From assembly GCA_049279335.1 (NCBI GenBank), contig JBAPNX010000035.1, positions 57,217 through 121,216 on the forward strand: a DNA stretch of 64,000 nucleotides, written 5' to 3'. The stretch's first letter is position 1, and each line of letters starts with the position of its first letter. Source of the DNA: Candidatus Dormiibacterota bacterium. Lineage in GTDB: Bacteria; Chloroflexota; Dormibacteria; Aeolococcales; Bog-877. A program made the position numbers and the translations under genes. The notes under the pieces are model-generated. The model was not told where the DNA came from and made no database searches. It worked only from the letters and a program-made list of their open reading frames with translations. Positions 48,837 through 58,580 of this stretch are shown here, one piece after another.

Positions 48837-50901
48837 GGACGGTTAGTCTCTTGGGACGACCATACAAGTATCCCTGGCCTAAGCCGACACCCAAGCGAAC
48901 CAGTGTGCGGTCTTCGGCACTAGTCTCCACCCCCTCGGCGATGAGCTGGCACTCGGTGGCCTGGGCAAAGTGTGCGAGAGCCAGGATCATGGCCTGCCGA
49001 GCTGGACTCTTGTTAACGTCCCGGATCAGGCGGATGTCGACCTTGATGAAGTCGGGCTGAAGTTCAACGATGTGCGCGAAGGTGGCTATGCCAGCTCCTG
49101 CGTCATCAACCGCGACAAGAGCTGGTCGGAGTCGCTTTAGAGCCGCCCGCATCTTTGGGTAGTCGCTTATCGCCTCGTGCTCCGTCACTTCCAAAACCAA
49201 CGAACGGTACGCTGGGTTCAGAACCGCGGAGAGTTCGTCGGAGCGAAGGAGCAGCCCAGGAGAGATGTTTAGGTTTAACCAGGTCTCCGGAGGTAGCCAT
49301 CGTCGGGCAGCCTTGATCGCTTTTCCCAACGTGGCTAGTTCCAGCTCAGCGCCCAATCCGACACTCCACGCAGTGGAGAAATGGCGGTCGGGGGCGGTGC
49401 CGTCGTCGAAGCGTGTCAGCGCCTCGTAGCCCACCTGCCGACGGGTTTGCAACTCCACGATCGGCTGAAAGACGGGGTGAAACGCCAGTTTGTCCAGGAT
49501 TTCCGCTACTTCGACGCGACGCTGGTCAAGCAGCGTGCGAGCCTTCAGATCGAGGGCTAAGATCGCGCTGGCGGCGCTGCCAAATTCGCTGATCGCGGGC
49601 AGAGACTCGATCAGAGGGAAGGCGTCCTGTGGATCCAAAGACCCAGCGACGAGTAACCCCAGCGTTTTGTCACCGTACCGAATCGGGGCGTACGACGTGC
49701 TCCTCAGACCAGCCTTAGTGAGGCGTCTGCCATAGTCGCCATCTTCTTCTCTTTCGTCCCACGCCTCCACCCACGGGCCCATGGCGGCACGTTCGAACAG
49801 GTACGTGGCTCGGGCCGCTGGCAGACGCTCCCCGGCTGTCATGGGGAAGTCGTTCGGTGAGTCAATGGCGAGCACGGTCACAGCGCCATCGGCAGCAAGA
49901 GCCATAACTACCGACACGTCCACGCCGCGAAGGCTTCGCAGCTCCCGGCAGACCGCGCGCGCGGCAGCCTCCGTACTCAGCCCAGTTTGGAGGCGCGAGA
50001 TCGCCTGGGCGAGCTGTTCTCGTTCAAGCAGCTTGCGCTCGAGCTCGGCATAAGCAGCTCGCTCGTGGCTGAGGTCCTGGCCGACGATGACGGCTCCTAG
50101 CGTCACGTCCGAGCTACTCCGGAGCACAATTTTGCTCAACGCCACCGCCCTGCGTTCACCTGTGCTGGTCAGCACCTCGGTCGAGACGACGTGGCTCAGT
50201 CCCTCGGTCGCGCCCTCGGCCGGGGCAATCTGGTTGCGCCAGGCGATGAGGCTGCTCCTCATCAGATCGTCAAACTGTGTACCGACCAGCTGATCGACCC
50301 GCCTACGAGTCAGCGCAGCCAGCGCATCGTTGACATACGAGATCCGCCCCTTGGCATCAAGGACGGCAAAAAACGCATCGAAGCGAGAGAGCGACTGATT
50401 TAGAGAACCCAGATCGCGTTGGCCGCGGCTTGAGCTACGCAGCACTGCCAGAATCCGTCCTCCGGCTAGCAGCCGCTCTTCGATCTCGACGTCCACGATC
50501 GACCCGTCTTTGTGCCGATAGCGGATCGGCATAATCGCCGATGGCTTTCTGGCTAGGGCGGCAATCCGCCGCCGCTGCGCGCCATCATCTGCCGCCGGGA
50601 CTAGCATCGATAACGAGGCGCCGAGTAGTTCGGGGCGCCGATAGCCGGTCAGGCGTAACCCGCTGGCATTGACATCAAGAACCAAGCGGGATTGGGCGTC
50701 GACGAAGAAGACTGCATCTCTGATCTGGCCGGAGCCAATACGAGGCGGTTCCAGCCGGCGAGTCGAGCCGGTCGCCTTCTGGCGCCGCACTGTGCTGCGC
50801 CCAGAGATGGAGCCATGGCTCCTACTCGACCCCGACCTTTGACCAAAGTTTGCCGCGGGGCCCGACTCCGGTGGGCCGGGCAGCTGATTTGTGCTGCCCA
50901 T
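48790..50901 (-). CDS. PAS/GAF-sensor c-di-GMP phosphodiesterase (EAL domain, no GGDEF)
   Basis: FQPIVELQTRRQVGYEALTRF, DDAGAG, KVD and EGVET EAL motifs. The N-terminal PAS-like segments include FFVDAQSRLVLDVNASG. Confidence 0.85.
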   Translation of the reverse strand: MGSTNQLPGPPESGPAANFGQRSGSSRSHGSISGRSTVRRQKATGSTRRLEPPRIGSGQIRDAVFFVDAQSRLVLDVNASGLRLTGYRRPELLGASLSMLVPAADDGAQRRRIAALARKPSAIMPIRYRHKDGSIVDVEIEERLLAGGRILAVLRSSSRGQRDLGSLNQSLSRFDAFFAVLDAKGRISYVNDALAALTRRRVDQLVGTQFDDLMRSSLIAWRNQIAPAEGATEGLSHVVSTEVLTSTGERRAVALSKIVLRSSSDVTLGAVIVGQDLSHERAAYAELERKLLEREQLAQAISRLQTGLSTEAAARAVCRELRSLRGVDVSVVMALAADGAVTVLAIDSPNDFPMTAGERLPAARATYLFERAAMGPWVEAWDEREEDGDYGRRLTKAGLRSTSYAPIRYGDKTLGLLVAGSLDPQDAFPLIESLPAISEFGSAASAILALDLKARTLLDQRRVEVAEILDKLAFHPVFQPIVELQTRRQVGYEALTRFDDGTAPDRHFSTAWSVGLGAELELATLGKAIKAARRWLPPETWLNLNISPGLLLRSDELSAVLNPAYRSLVLEVTEHEAISDYPKMRAALKRLRPALVAVDDAGAGIATFAHIVELQPDFIKVDIRLIRDVNKSPARQAMILALAHFAQATECQLIAEGVETSAEDRTLVRLGVGLGQGYLYGRPKRLTVRDGVSSRRQASAAAV

Positions 50902-51113
50902 CTAACCAGCCTAGGGTCACCCAGGCACAAGCCCATCGCCAAACCATCACGAAACGAACGCAGCACCGTTATCGCTCGTCTCTCCGTAAGGGAGGTGATG
51001 CTGCGCTGCTGAGTCGAGCGAGTCGGGCACAGCGCTATCGCTGCGCCAGCGGCGGAGTATGTCGAGCGTCATCTCGGCCACCGGCGGTCCCTGGGCGTGC
51101 TTAAACTGCGGGC

Positions 51114-51755
51114 GTGGCCACCCGCGCAACCCCACCAGCCTGGAAGCTAGTGGGCCCGGGCGCCTGCGGGCTCGACGAAGTTGGCCGCGGCGCTCTCGCT
51201 GGCCCTTTGGTGGCGGCTGCGGTCATCCTCCCGAAGAGGTTCCATCACCCCCTGCTCCGCGACAGCAAGCTGCTCTCGGCGGAGCAGCGGCAGACGGTCG
51301 AGCCGGTGATCCGCCAGGCGGCGCTGGCGGTGGAGGTTGTGTCCGTCACCGTCGACGTGATCAATGACCGGGGAATCGGTTGGGCCAACCGCTTCGCCTT
51401 CGAGCGCCTGATCGAGCTGGTCGTCGCGCCTGCCTACCTTCTGGACGGCAATCTCCGGATCAACACCCAACGCCGCTATCACTCGGTCGTCAGTGGCGAC
51501 CGCCTGGTGCCGGCGATCTCAGCCGCTTCGATCGTGGCCAAGGTCCATCGGGATCGCATGATGCGGGAGCTCCATCCCCAGTTCCCCCATTACGGCTGGG
51601 AGGACAACAAGGGCTACGGCACTCCACATCACCGCGAGGCGATCTCGAACCACGGTGTGTGCCAGCACCATCGCACCCGCTTCGTCCATCTCGAGCAGCC
51701 TGAGCTGTTCGACGAAGAGACCTTGGTCGAAGTGGACGCCCTGGCGCCAGCCTGA
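51114..51755 (+). CDS. rnhB: Ribonuclease HII
   Basis: GLDEVGRGALAGPLVAAAV and SKLLSAEQR. GTG at 51150 is an alternative start. Confidence 0.88.
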   Translation: MATRATPPAWKLVGPGACGLDEVGRGALAGPLVAAAVILPKRFHHPLLRDSKLLSAEQRQTVEPVIRQAALAVEVVSVTVDVINDRGIGWANRFAFERLIELVVAPAYLLDGNLRINTQRRYHSVVSGDRLVPAISAASIVAKVHRDRMMRELHPQFPHYGWEDNKGYGTPHHREAISNHGVCQHHRTRFVHLEQPELFDEETLVEVDALAPA

Positions 51756-51777
51756 GAGTACCTGGCTCGGTGCTACC

Positions 51778-52464
51778 TCACCAGCCGCGCGATACCCAGC
51801 TCTCGAACTGAGGCGCCTCGGCCTCGATGGTGGTGGGTCCACCATGGCCCGGGTAGACCACAGTGGTGGCGGGCAGGGGTAGCAGATGGGTGCGGATGCT
51901 CTCGACAATGGTGGGAAAGTGGCCGAGGGGAGGTCGAGTGGCGCCGGGTCCACCCGGAAACAGGGTGTCCCCGGTGAACACAAACCCGGGGTGGTAGAAG
52001 CAAATGCTGCCCGGGGTGTGGCCCGGGGTCGACAACACCCGAAGCTGGCGCTTGCCGAACTCGACCACCTGCCCGTGTTCCAAAGGCTTGCCGGGACCGG
52101 GACTAGGGAACATCTCCAGATCATCGGGGTGGGCGCCGGTCCAAGCGTGGGGGAAGCGGGCTTGGACCGGCTGCAGCGCCTGCCAGTGATCCTGGTGACC
52201 GTGGGTCTCCAGGATGCCGATCAGCTTCAGATCGCCGACTGCCGCGATCAGGCGGTCAGGCTCATTGGCAGCGTCGATGAGAACTGCGATTCCTGTCTCC
52301 GGGCAGGCGACGATATAGGCGGCGTTGTCCCAGGGCCCCACGCGGCGCACCCGTATGCGGAGCGCGTCGTCGACATCCCACTCCGCCGCGAGATCGGTAT
52401 CAGGCAAAGAAAAGGGACTCCATAACCCCAGCTTGATGAGCAGTGCCTGCAAGCAGACTAACAA
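51778..52464 (-). CDS. MBL-fold metallo-hydrolase (glyoxalase II-like)
   Basis: HxHxDH motif (THGHQDHW), plus PGHTPGS. Confidence 0.82.
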   Translation of the reverse strand: MLVCLQALLIKLGLWSPFSLPDTDLAAEWDVDDALRIRVRRVGPWDNAAYIVACPETGIAVLIDAANEPDRLIAAVGDLKLIGILETHGHQDHWQALQPVQARFPHAWTGAHPDDLEMFPSPGPGKPLEHGQVVEFGKRQLRVLSTPGHTPGSICFYHPGFVFTGDTLFPGGPGATRPPLGHFPTIVESIRTHLLPLPATTVVYPGHGGPTTIEAEAPQFESWVSRGW

Positions 52465-52519
52465 TCGATCCGGTGCGAATTCCCGGAGAACCCCAGCCGA
52501 GCGGTATTAGGATGCCCGC

Positions 52520-52816
52520 GTGGCCATGTTTCATGTGGTGCTGACTCGCTCCGGACCCGAGTGGAAGCCGACACGGCCGCTGGAAGAGCAGTCCGACTGG
52601 GGGGCGCACGCAGCCTTCATGGACGGGCTGGTGGACCAGGGAGTGGTGGTCTTGGGCGGACCCCTGGCCGACGAGCGTCGCGTGGTGCTGGCCGTCGAAG
52701 CCGAAAGTCCCGAGGCGATTCGATCGACTCTGGCGTCTGATCCCTGGCACCAGACCCACCTGGTGATAGAGACCATCGACCTCTGGACCATCCGCCTCGA
52801 CGGACGCTCCGCCTAG
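52520..52816 (+). CDS. YciI-family protein
   Basis: 98 aa, with the pattern W..H..FMDGL...G.VVLGGPL....V.L.VEAES.EA....L..DPW. Confidence 0.5.
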   Translation: MAMFHVVLTRSGPEWKPTRPLEEQSDWGAHAAFMDGLVDQGVVVLGGPLADERRVVLAVEAESPEAIRSTLASDPWHQTHLVIETIDLWTIRLDGRSA

Positions 52817-52841
52817 GCGAACCAGCATCGGCCCCCCGGGG

Positions 52842-54086
52842 CTAGGGACGGACGCCGGCGGACTGTGCGGCTTCCAAGCCAGTGCCCCCGCCCACCGGGG
52901 CCATCAGCGCCGCCACCACCATCAGGGCGGCGGCCACCGTTATTGGGATGAACGGGGAACGGCGCCCTCCGCCAAGGTCCAGGGCCACCCCACCCAGAAG
53001 CGGTCCCAAGAAGGCGCCGGCGTACCCCACTGTGAGCATGGCGGCGGTCAGGGAGGCGACCCTGGCCGGAGCGGCCACCATGGCCGGGTAAGCCAGTAGC
53101 CCGGCGAAGCTGAGTGCCACCCCGATCCCGATCAGGGCCGCAAAGGGTAGCGGGGCGCGATTGCCAAACAGCAACCAGCCCCCAGTGCCCACCAAGGCGG
53201 TCACCGCGCTCAGCAGATAGAACCAGCGCCGGGTGGCGAAGGGCCGCGCGAGCATGATCAGGAGAATGTCGGCAGGCACCATAACCCCATTCAGGGTGGC
53301 CAGCGAAAGGCTGGCCAAAGTTGAGTGGGGCCCACCGCCGACCGACGCTGGAATCCACGTATTTGAGGAGAAATAGACCAGCGACTGCCCGGCGAAGAGA
53401 ACATAGATGGCCCACAGCCGCGGGTTGAGAAAGAGTTTGTGCAGATCCCAGCTGGTTTCTCCAGCCATACCGGCGCCATCTCGTGGTACCGCGAAGAGCC
53501 AGATCGGGATGCAGCTCAGGCCCAACAGCCCCCAGAACACCATCGTCGCCTGCCAGCTGTGCAGCCAGGGAAGGACTAGGGGCGCGGTGATGCTGGCCGC
53601 CACCACCTCCCCCACTGTGATCCCCAGGGTGGCGGTGACCGACGCCAGCTGGACCCGCCCCGCGAACCACCTCTGCCAGATTGCAGGCAGGCCTGGCTGG
53701 GCGACCGCTATGCCCGTACCCATGACCGCGGTGCCCAGGAAGAGCGCTACGGCGCCGCCGGGAAAGGCCCGACCCAGCTCTCCGACAGCAGCCACCACCA
53801 GACCGAGTCCGACGACCCGATATCCCCCGATACGCCGCACCAGTGCCGCGCCCGGGAGGGCCATGATCCCAAAAGCCAGGATCGGCAGCGCCGCCACCAG
53901 GCCCGCCCCCGCGTAGTTGAGGTGGAGGCCGGCTCGCACCAGGCCGAGGACCGGTGGAACGCCGAGCAGTGGAGCCCTGATGTTGAACCCAATCCAGAAG
54001 GCGACGAGCAAGAGGGCCATCTGGCCGCGGCCGAACCGCGATTGTCCCCGGCTCCCGCCAGGTGACGCGAGCTCAGCCTCGCTCAA
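52842..54086 (-). CDS. MFS transporter (12 TM, CynX/NimT-like)
   Basis: 12 hydrophobic segments. It is the last gene of the co-directional array. Confidence 0.75.
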   Translation of the reverse strand: MSEAELASPGGSRGQSRFGRGQMALLLVAFWIGFNIRAPLLGVPPVLGLVRAGLHLNYAGAGLVAALPILAFGIMALPGAALVRRIGGYRVVGLGLVVAAVGELGRAFPGGAVALFLGTAVMGTGIAVAQPGLPAIWQRWFAGRVQLASVTATLGITVGEVVAASITAPLVLPWLHSWQATMVFWGLLGLSCIPIWLFAVPRDGAGMAGETSWDLHKLFLNPRLWAIYVLFAGQSLVYFSSNTWIPASVGGGPHSTLASLSLATLNGVMVPADILLIMLARPFATRRWFYLLSAVTALVGTGGWLLFGNRAPLPFAALIGIGVALSFAGLLAYPAMVAAPARVASLTAAMLTVGYAGAFLGPLLGGVALDLGGGRRSPFIPITVAAALMVVAALMAPVGGGTGLEAAQSAGVRP

Positions 54087-54094
54087 GGATTGCC

Positions 54095-55381
54095 TCAGCC
54101 CGGCCAGATGATCCCCTGCTGTTGGGCAAGCAGGGGGAGTCTGGGTAAGAGGTCGCCCGCCACCACCAGGTCCCAGCTGTAGGTCGCCGCCACCTCCCGT
54201 GCCGCCCTTCGGATTCCGGCAGCCTTGGCTGGGTCCGACGCGACCGCCGCGATCGCCCGCGCCAGCTCGCTGGGGCTGTCGGTCTCGACCACAATGCTGT
54301 TGTGGAGGTGGCGGGCGTAATCCTCTCCGGTGGCGCCCACCACAGCCACTCCACCGGCGGCCATGGCCTCCAGCCCAACTAGTCCAAAGGGCTCGAAGCC
54401 CGAGTTGGCTAGTACCGCCAGCGAGGATGCGTAGAGCACGGGCAGGAGCTCCTCAGGCAGGAACCTGGTCAGCTCCAAAAGGTCGACTCCCGGGCTCGAC
54501 TCCAGCGCTTGAGCCAGGTCGCCCACGTCCTTGACCGGATCCCGCCACTGACCCACCTCGAGCCCACAGTCGCGGGCTGCAGCCATGACGTCCGCTTTGT
54601 GGTGCTCGTCCCCGCCCCGGACCAGCATCCGCACCGGGACCTGGGCGGCCCGGAGCTCGCACAAGGCACGCACCGCCTGGATCCAGCGTTTGTCCCGATG
54701 GAAGCGCCCCACCTTGAGCAGGACCTGACGCTCACCTGCGGCTTGGCGAAGCCTGGCCACCGATCCCTCGTCGACCGGCGCCAGGTACTCCGCCGGGACG
54801 CCATTAGGGATGACGATGGGATTGACGCCGAAGCCGCTGACCAACAGCCGCATGTGGCGACTGATGGTGGTGATCGCAGCCGCCTGCTCCAAGCCCACCC
54901 AATCCATGCGCTCGAATCCGAACTGGTTGTTGGCGTTCCAGACCAGGAGGGCGCGATCCGCAACCTCCCGCTCCACCAGAAGCTCGAAGGTCCGCTTGGC
55001 CCAGCTGGCCGTCTGCCACTCCTCGAAGAGGAGAACCGGCATCCGACCGGACCGGAGGTGGGGCACGGCCCACTCGGTAACTAGTCTCTCGGGGAAGCGC
55101 GCCGCCAGGTAGCTCACCTTGAGTGACTCCCCCTGGTACACACCTCCCGGGAACTCCCGGGAGATCTCTTGGCCCAGCCGGCAGAGCTCGACCCCATCCA
55201 TCCTCTCCTCCGCAGGGAGGTCGGGGTTGCCGACGAAGTAGAGCCGGATCGGGTAGCCCGATGCTGCCAGCGCCCGGCTCAGCTGGGCCACCCTCACCCC
55301 GAGCCCACCCGCCTGGCTGTACTGGTCGGGACCCTCCATCGAGATCATGGCGAAGGCGAGCCTCGACCAATCGGAATCCAT
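54095..55381 (-). CDS. GT-B glycosyltransferase, family 4-like (retaining)
   Basis: N-terminus AGGLGVRVAQLSRALAASG, plus the C-terminal E-x7-E motif EPFGLVGLEAMAAG. Confidence 0.8.
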   Translation of the reverse strand: MDSDWSRLAFAMISMEGPDQYSQAGGLGVRVAQLSRALAASGYPIRLYFVGNPDLPAEERMDGVELCRLGQEISREFPGGVYQGESLKVSYLAARFPERLVTEWAVPHLRSGRMPVLLFEEWQTASWAKRTFELLVEREVADRALLVWNANNQFGFERMDWVGLEQAAAITTISRHMRLLVSGFGVNPIVIPNGVPAEYLAPVDEGSVARLRQAAGERQVLLKVGRFHRDKRWIQAVRALCELRAAQVPVRMLVRGGDEHHKADVMAAARDCGLEVGQWRDPVKDVGDLAQALESSPGVDLLELTRFLPEELLPVLYASSLAVLANSGFEPFGLVGLEAMAAGGVAVVGATGEDYARHLHNSIVVETDSPSELARAIAAVASDPAKAAGIRRAAREVAATYSWDLVVAGDLLPRLPLLAQQQGIIWPG

Positions 55382-55438
55382 CGCTGAGATTGTGGGGCTA
55401 TCGATCGCGCCGAGTGGGTCGCTCCCAGCCCCGACAGT

Positions 55439-56329
55439 TCAGGCGCTCGGCTCTCCCAACCAGGCCGCGGGCGCGCCTCGCTGCATTGACTCCCGAGCTG
55501 AATCTGGAAGATCAAGCATGAGGTCGGCGTACCGGCTCGGGAGCATGAGCGGGAAGTCACTGCCGAAGCAGAGGCGACCTGTGCCCAGGAGCTGGTCAAC
55601 CGCCCGCAACACCCCCGGCTGGTAGAGGTAGGGCAAGGCGGCCGTGTCGAACCACAGCTGGCGGCAGACGGCGGCAACCTCCGGCATGTGAGCGTAGAAG
55701 GGCAGGCCGCCGCCGAGATGGCCGAGGCAGATCCGAAGTCCAGGAGCGCTCTCCAGCGCCGGCGCCACCAGCTGCCACATCCGGGCCGGAATTGCAGTGC
55801 CTTTGCCGGGGTACTGGTGACCGAGTGGCTCGCTGGCGTGAAATAGCAGGGGCCAGTCCATCTCGACCAAGGTGAGCAGCAACGCCCGCAAAGATCCTTC
55901 GAAGCTCAGCTCAAATCGCTGGGCATCGGCGTTCAGCTCGCCGACCCCAAAAAGTCCCAGTTCCTGGCAGCGGTGCAGCTCTGCCTCCCAACCCGGGCGC
56001 GAAGGGTTGACCAGGGCCAGTCCCAAGAGGCGTCCTTGTGAGGCTTCGGCTTGAACCGCCACGTAGTCGTTGACCTCTGCCAGCAGGCCCGGTTCGGCGA
56101 AGGGCCAGCCGAGCACCACGGCCCGGTCCAGGCCAGCCAGATCCAGGGCCGCAACCACGTCCTCGCCCGCGGCGAATTTCGGCTTGTCCTGGTGACAGGA
56201 GGCGAACCAGGGATCCTGCCAGCTCCGAGCACCGGGCAGGCGGAGCTCAGGTGGCAGGAGGTGACAGTGAACGTCCGTCAGGGACGGCCTTGCGGTCCCG
56301 CGCCCGGTCTGCGTCACCTGGTTCACCAC
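55439..56329 (-). CDS. Amidohydrolase-2 family metal-dependent hydrolase (TIM barrel)
   Basis: DVHCHLLP at the N-terminus, and FGSDFP near the C-terminus. Confidence 0.7.
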   Translation of the reverse strand: MVNQVTQTGRGTARPSLTDVHCHLLPPELRLPGARSWQDPWFASCHQDKPKFAAGEDVVAALDLAGLDRAVVLGWPFAEPGLLAEVNDYVAVQAEASQGRLLGLALVNPSRPGWEAELHRCQELGLFGVGELNADAQRFELSFEGSLRALLLTLVEMDWPLLFHASEPLGHQYPGKGTAIPARMWQLVAPALESAPGLRICLGHLGGGLPFYAHMPEVAAVCRQLWFDTAALPYLYQPGVLRAVDQLLGTGRLCFGSDFPLMLPSRYADLMLDLPDSARESMQRGAPAAWLGEPSA

Positions 56330-56342
56330 ACTCTACCCAGCT

Positions 56343-58565
56343 CTACTTGGGCCACAAGCTGCGCACGTCGAGGATCAGGTAGTTCTGGGTGCGCACCACG
56401 ACCGGCAAATCCTTGGCCTCAAACCACGCTTCGTTGGTGGTGACGTTGTTGTAGTCTCCGGGCTCGAACTCGATGTATGAGACATCGTAGGTGCGCAGCA
56501 GCCTACCGACCTCGCAGGCACCTCTTGACGGGCACCCGGCATAGATGGCCTGTACGGCTCGCAGCCGAGCTGACAGCGGTTGGCCGTAGCTCCACAGCCA
56601 GCCGTCGTAGGCGAGCATCAAGGTCCGGCCGGCCAGGACCGAGACCGGCTCATTGGGCTGACCTTCGGTCAGGAAGATCGCCTTCGGGGCGGTGTCCCGC
56701 AAGATCGCTCTGGCCACCGCCTCCTCCTGGCTGCCGGCAAAGGCGATGTCTCCGGCGGTCGCCTTGGACTGGCCCAGTGAGCTCTGGCCGATCAGGGCCG
56801 CGTCCATGCTCAAGAGGCCGCTCAGGATCAGGGACAGAACCCCGATGCCCCCGGCCACCCGCCACCAGCGGCTCCGGCCGAAGGCGCAGAGCAGCCAGGC
56901 GATGGGGATGGCGGCGCCCACATACCAGTAGTCGAGGAGCTTGGTGTTGTCCCAGTTCCAGGGCTGGGTGACGACCAGGTTGCCGATTAGGAACAGCAAC
57001 CAGAAGGGAGCTCCGAAGCGGATCAGTTCCAGCTCCTTTAGCTCGGCGGCAACCGTGGAGGACGACCGTCGCACCAGCAGTACGCCGGCCGCGAGGAGGG
57101 TGAAGATGCCGGTGTTGGCCAGCCAGAATCCCGCCGTCTCAGCCCACACCGACGGGTTGACCAGGCTGCCGGCCAGGTAGCTGGCGGCGGTCAGCGGCGA
57201 GGCCCCACTGAGGTAGAGAGCGTCGCAGGCGTTGCTCAGGTTGAACTGGGCTGCGGTGCAGCTGGTGGCGGCATGGGCCAGCCAGCCCACGTCCAACTGG
57301 GGGTAGAGGTTGGTGCCGACCGGCCCGGCCAGCTGGCCATGAGGGCCAGAGAAGATGTAGAGCAAGCGCGGCAGGCCCAGCACCAGCGCCGGCCCCAGGA
57401 ACAGGGCCAGCCCCCGGCCCCAGCGGTTTCGGCCCAGCCACCAGATTCCCAGGACCAGAATGACCAGGTAGCCGAAGGGATTGAACCAAGGTAGGGCGGC
57501 GGCTCCCAGGCCTGCCGCCAGCAGTGGCACTCGCCGTCTGCCCCGATATGCCTCCCAGAGCAGGAGGGCCAGGAGTGCCAGCAGGCCGATGCCGTACTCG
57601 AAGTCGCGCTGGGGCAGCCAGAAGGCGAGCAGCGGTTCGTACCATTGCAAGTCGGCCAACGGCGGGTTGGTCTGGTTCTCCCCGTCATAGGACCGCGGGA
57701 GGTGGGTTAGTTCGGTCGGTAGGTGGGCGACGAAGGCGGCCGCGGCGCCCGGAGTTCGGGAGCTGAGGCTGGTGCAGTCGGCGGCGTTGAACCCGGTCTG
57801 GGTGTTGGCCAGCTGCTGGCAGCCGTCACCGTACAGGCCGATGAACCCCAGCCCACCGCCGAGGGTCGCCAGCAGAAGGGCGACGAATGCGGCCGGAGCC
57901 CTTCTGGTCACCCGGTAAGCCAGATGCCAGAGCAGCACCCCTCCGGCCCAAGAGATCAGCCACGAGGGCACGTCGAGAGCTCCGACCAGGTTCTGCCCCA
58001 GAGTCTCGAGCAGCGATGACTGGAAGTCCGGCAGGAACGGGTAGCGAAGGCCTGTCGCCGTCTCCAGGCTGTCCCGAGGCGGTAGGTTGTGGCCGAGCAA
58101 GAAGCTCTGGGCGTAGCTGGCATGGACGGACCAGTCGGACCAAACGGTGGGGTAGTTGGCCACGATCGAGCCCGCCGACTCCGACAGTGCCCTGGTGAAG
58201 ACGAAGTAGAAGGCGACCCCCACCAGCAGGGTGGCCGCCAGAGAGCCGATGGTGCCGGCTCGGTGCCACTCCCTCGGGACCCAGCTCCACCAACCTCGGG
58301 GCCCCAGCCGCGGCCGGTGCCTGCAACGCCACGCGCCGGCCCCGACGCCCAGCCCCAGCAGGATGGCCGGAGCGCACAGGGTCGCCGTATCCCCCATCCC
58401 CCACCAGATCGACAACCCCAGGCTCAGCAGGGCGGAGGCGACCACCCCCACCAGAAGCGACGCGGCCAGACGCTCTGCCAGCCACCAGTCCAGAGGTACG
58501 AGGTCGACCAACGCCGCGCCCGAGGCCAGGACTAAGAGCCAATAACCAGCCAATGCCAAGGTCAC
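56343..58565 (-). CDS. Large polytopic membrane protein (740 aa), putative GT-C-fold glycosyltransferase
   Basis: About 15 or more TM segments and a soluble C-terminal domain of about 130 aa. It starts 15 nt downstream of Pmt on the same strand. The family is not recognised with certainty. Confidence 0.4.
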   Translation of the reverse strand: MTLALAGYWLLVLASGAALVDLVPLDWWLAERLAASLLVGVVASALLSLGLSIWWGMGDTATLCAPAILLGLGVGAGAWRCRHRPRLGPRGWWSWVPREWHRAGTIGSLAATLLVGVAFYFVFTRALSESAGSIVANYPTVWSDWSVHASYAQSFLLGHNLPPRDSLETATGLRYPFLPDFQSSLLETLGQNLVGALDVPSWLISWAGGVLLWHLAYRVTRRAPAAFVALLLATLGGGLGFIGLYGDGCQQLANTQTGFNAADCTSLSSRTPGAAAAFVAHLPTELTHLPRSYDGENQTNPPLADLQWYEPLLAFWLPQRDFEYGIGLLALLALLLWEAYRGRRRVPLLAAGLGAAALPWFNPFGYLVILVLGIWWLGRNRWGRGLALFLGPALVLGLPRLLYIFSGPHGQLAGPVGTNLYPQLDVGWLAHAATSCTAAQFNLSNACDALYLSGASPLTAASYLAGSLVNPSVWAETAGFWLANTGIFTLLAAGVLLVRRSSSTVAAELKELELIRFGAPFWLLFLIGNLVVTQPWNWDNTKLLDYWYVGAAIPIAWLLCAFGRSRWWRVAGGIGVLSLILSGLLSMDAALIGQSSLGQSKATAGDIAFAGSQEEAVARAILRDTAPKAIFLTEGQPNEPVSVLAGRTLMLAYDGWLWSYGQPLSARLRAVQAIYAGCPSRGACEVGRLLRTYDVSYIEFEPGDYNNVTTNEAWFEAKDLPVVVRTQNYLILDVRSLWPK

Positions 58566-58580
58566 AGGCTGGAGTTGACC

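Noticed and set aside
50947-51135. A 62-aa minus-strand ORF (or a 41-aa version from ATG 51072) upstream of the EAL gene.
   Set aside because: It has no recognisable family or SD, the long form overlaps the rnhB start, and GC3 alone is not enough evidence.
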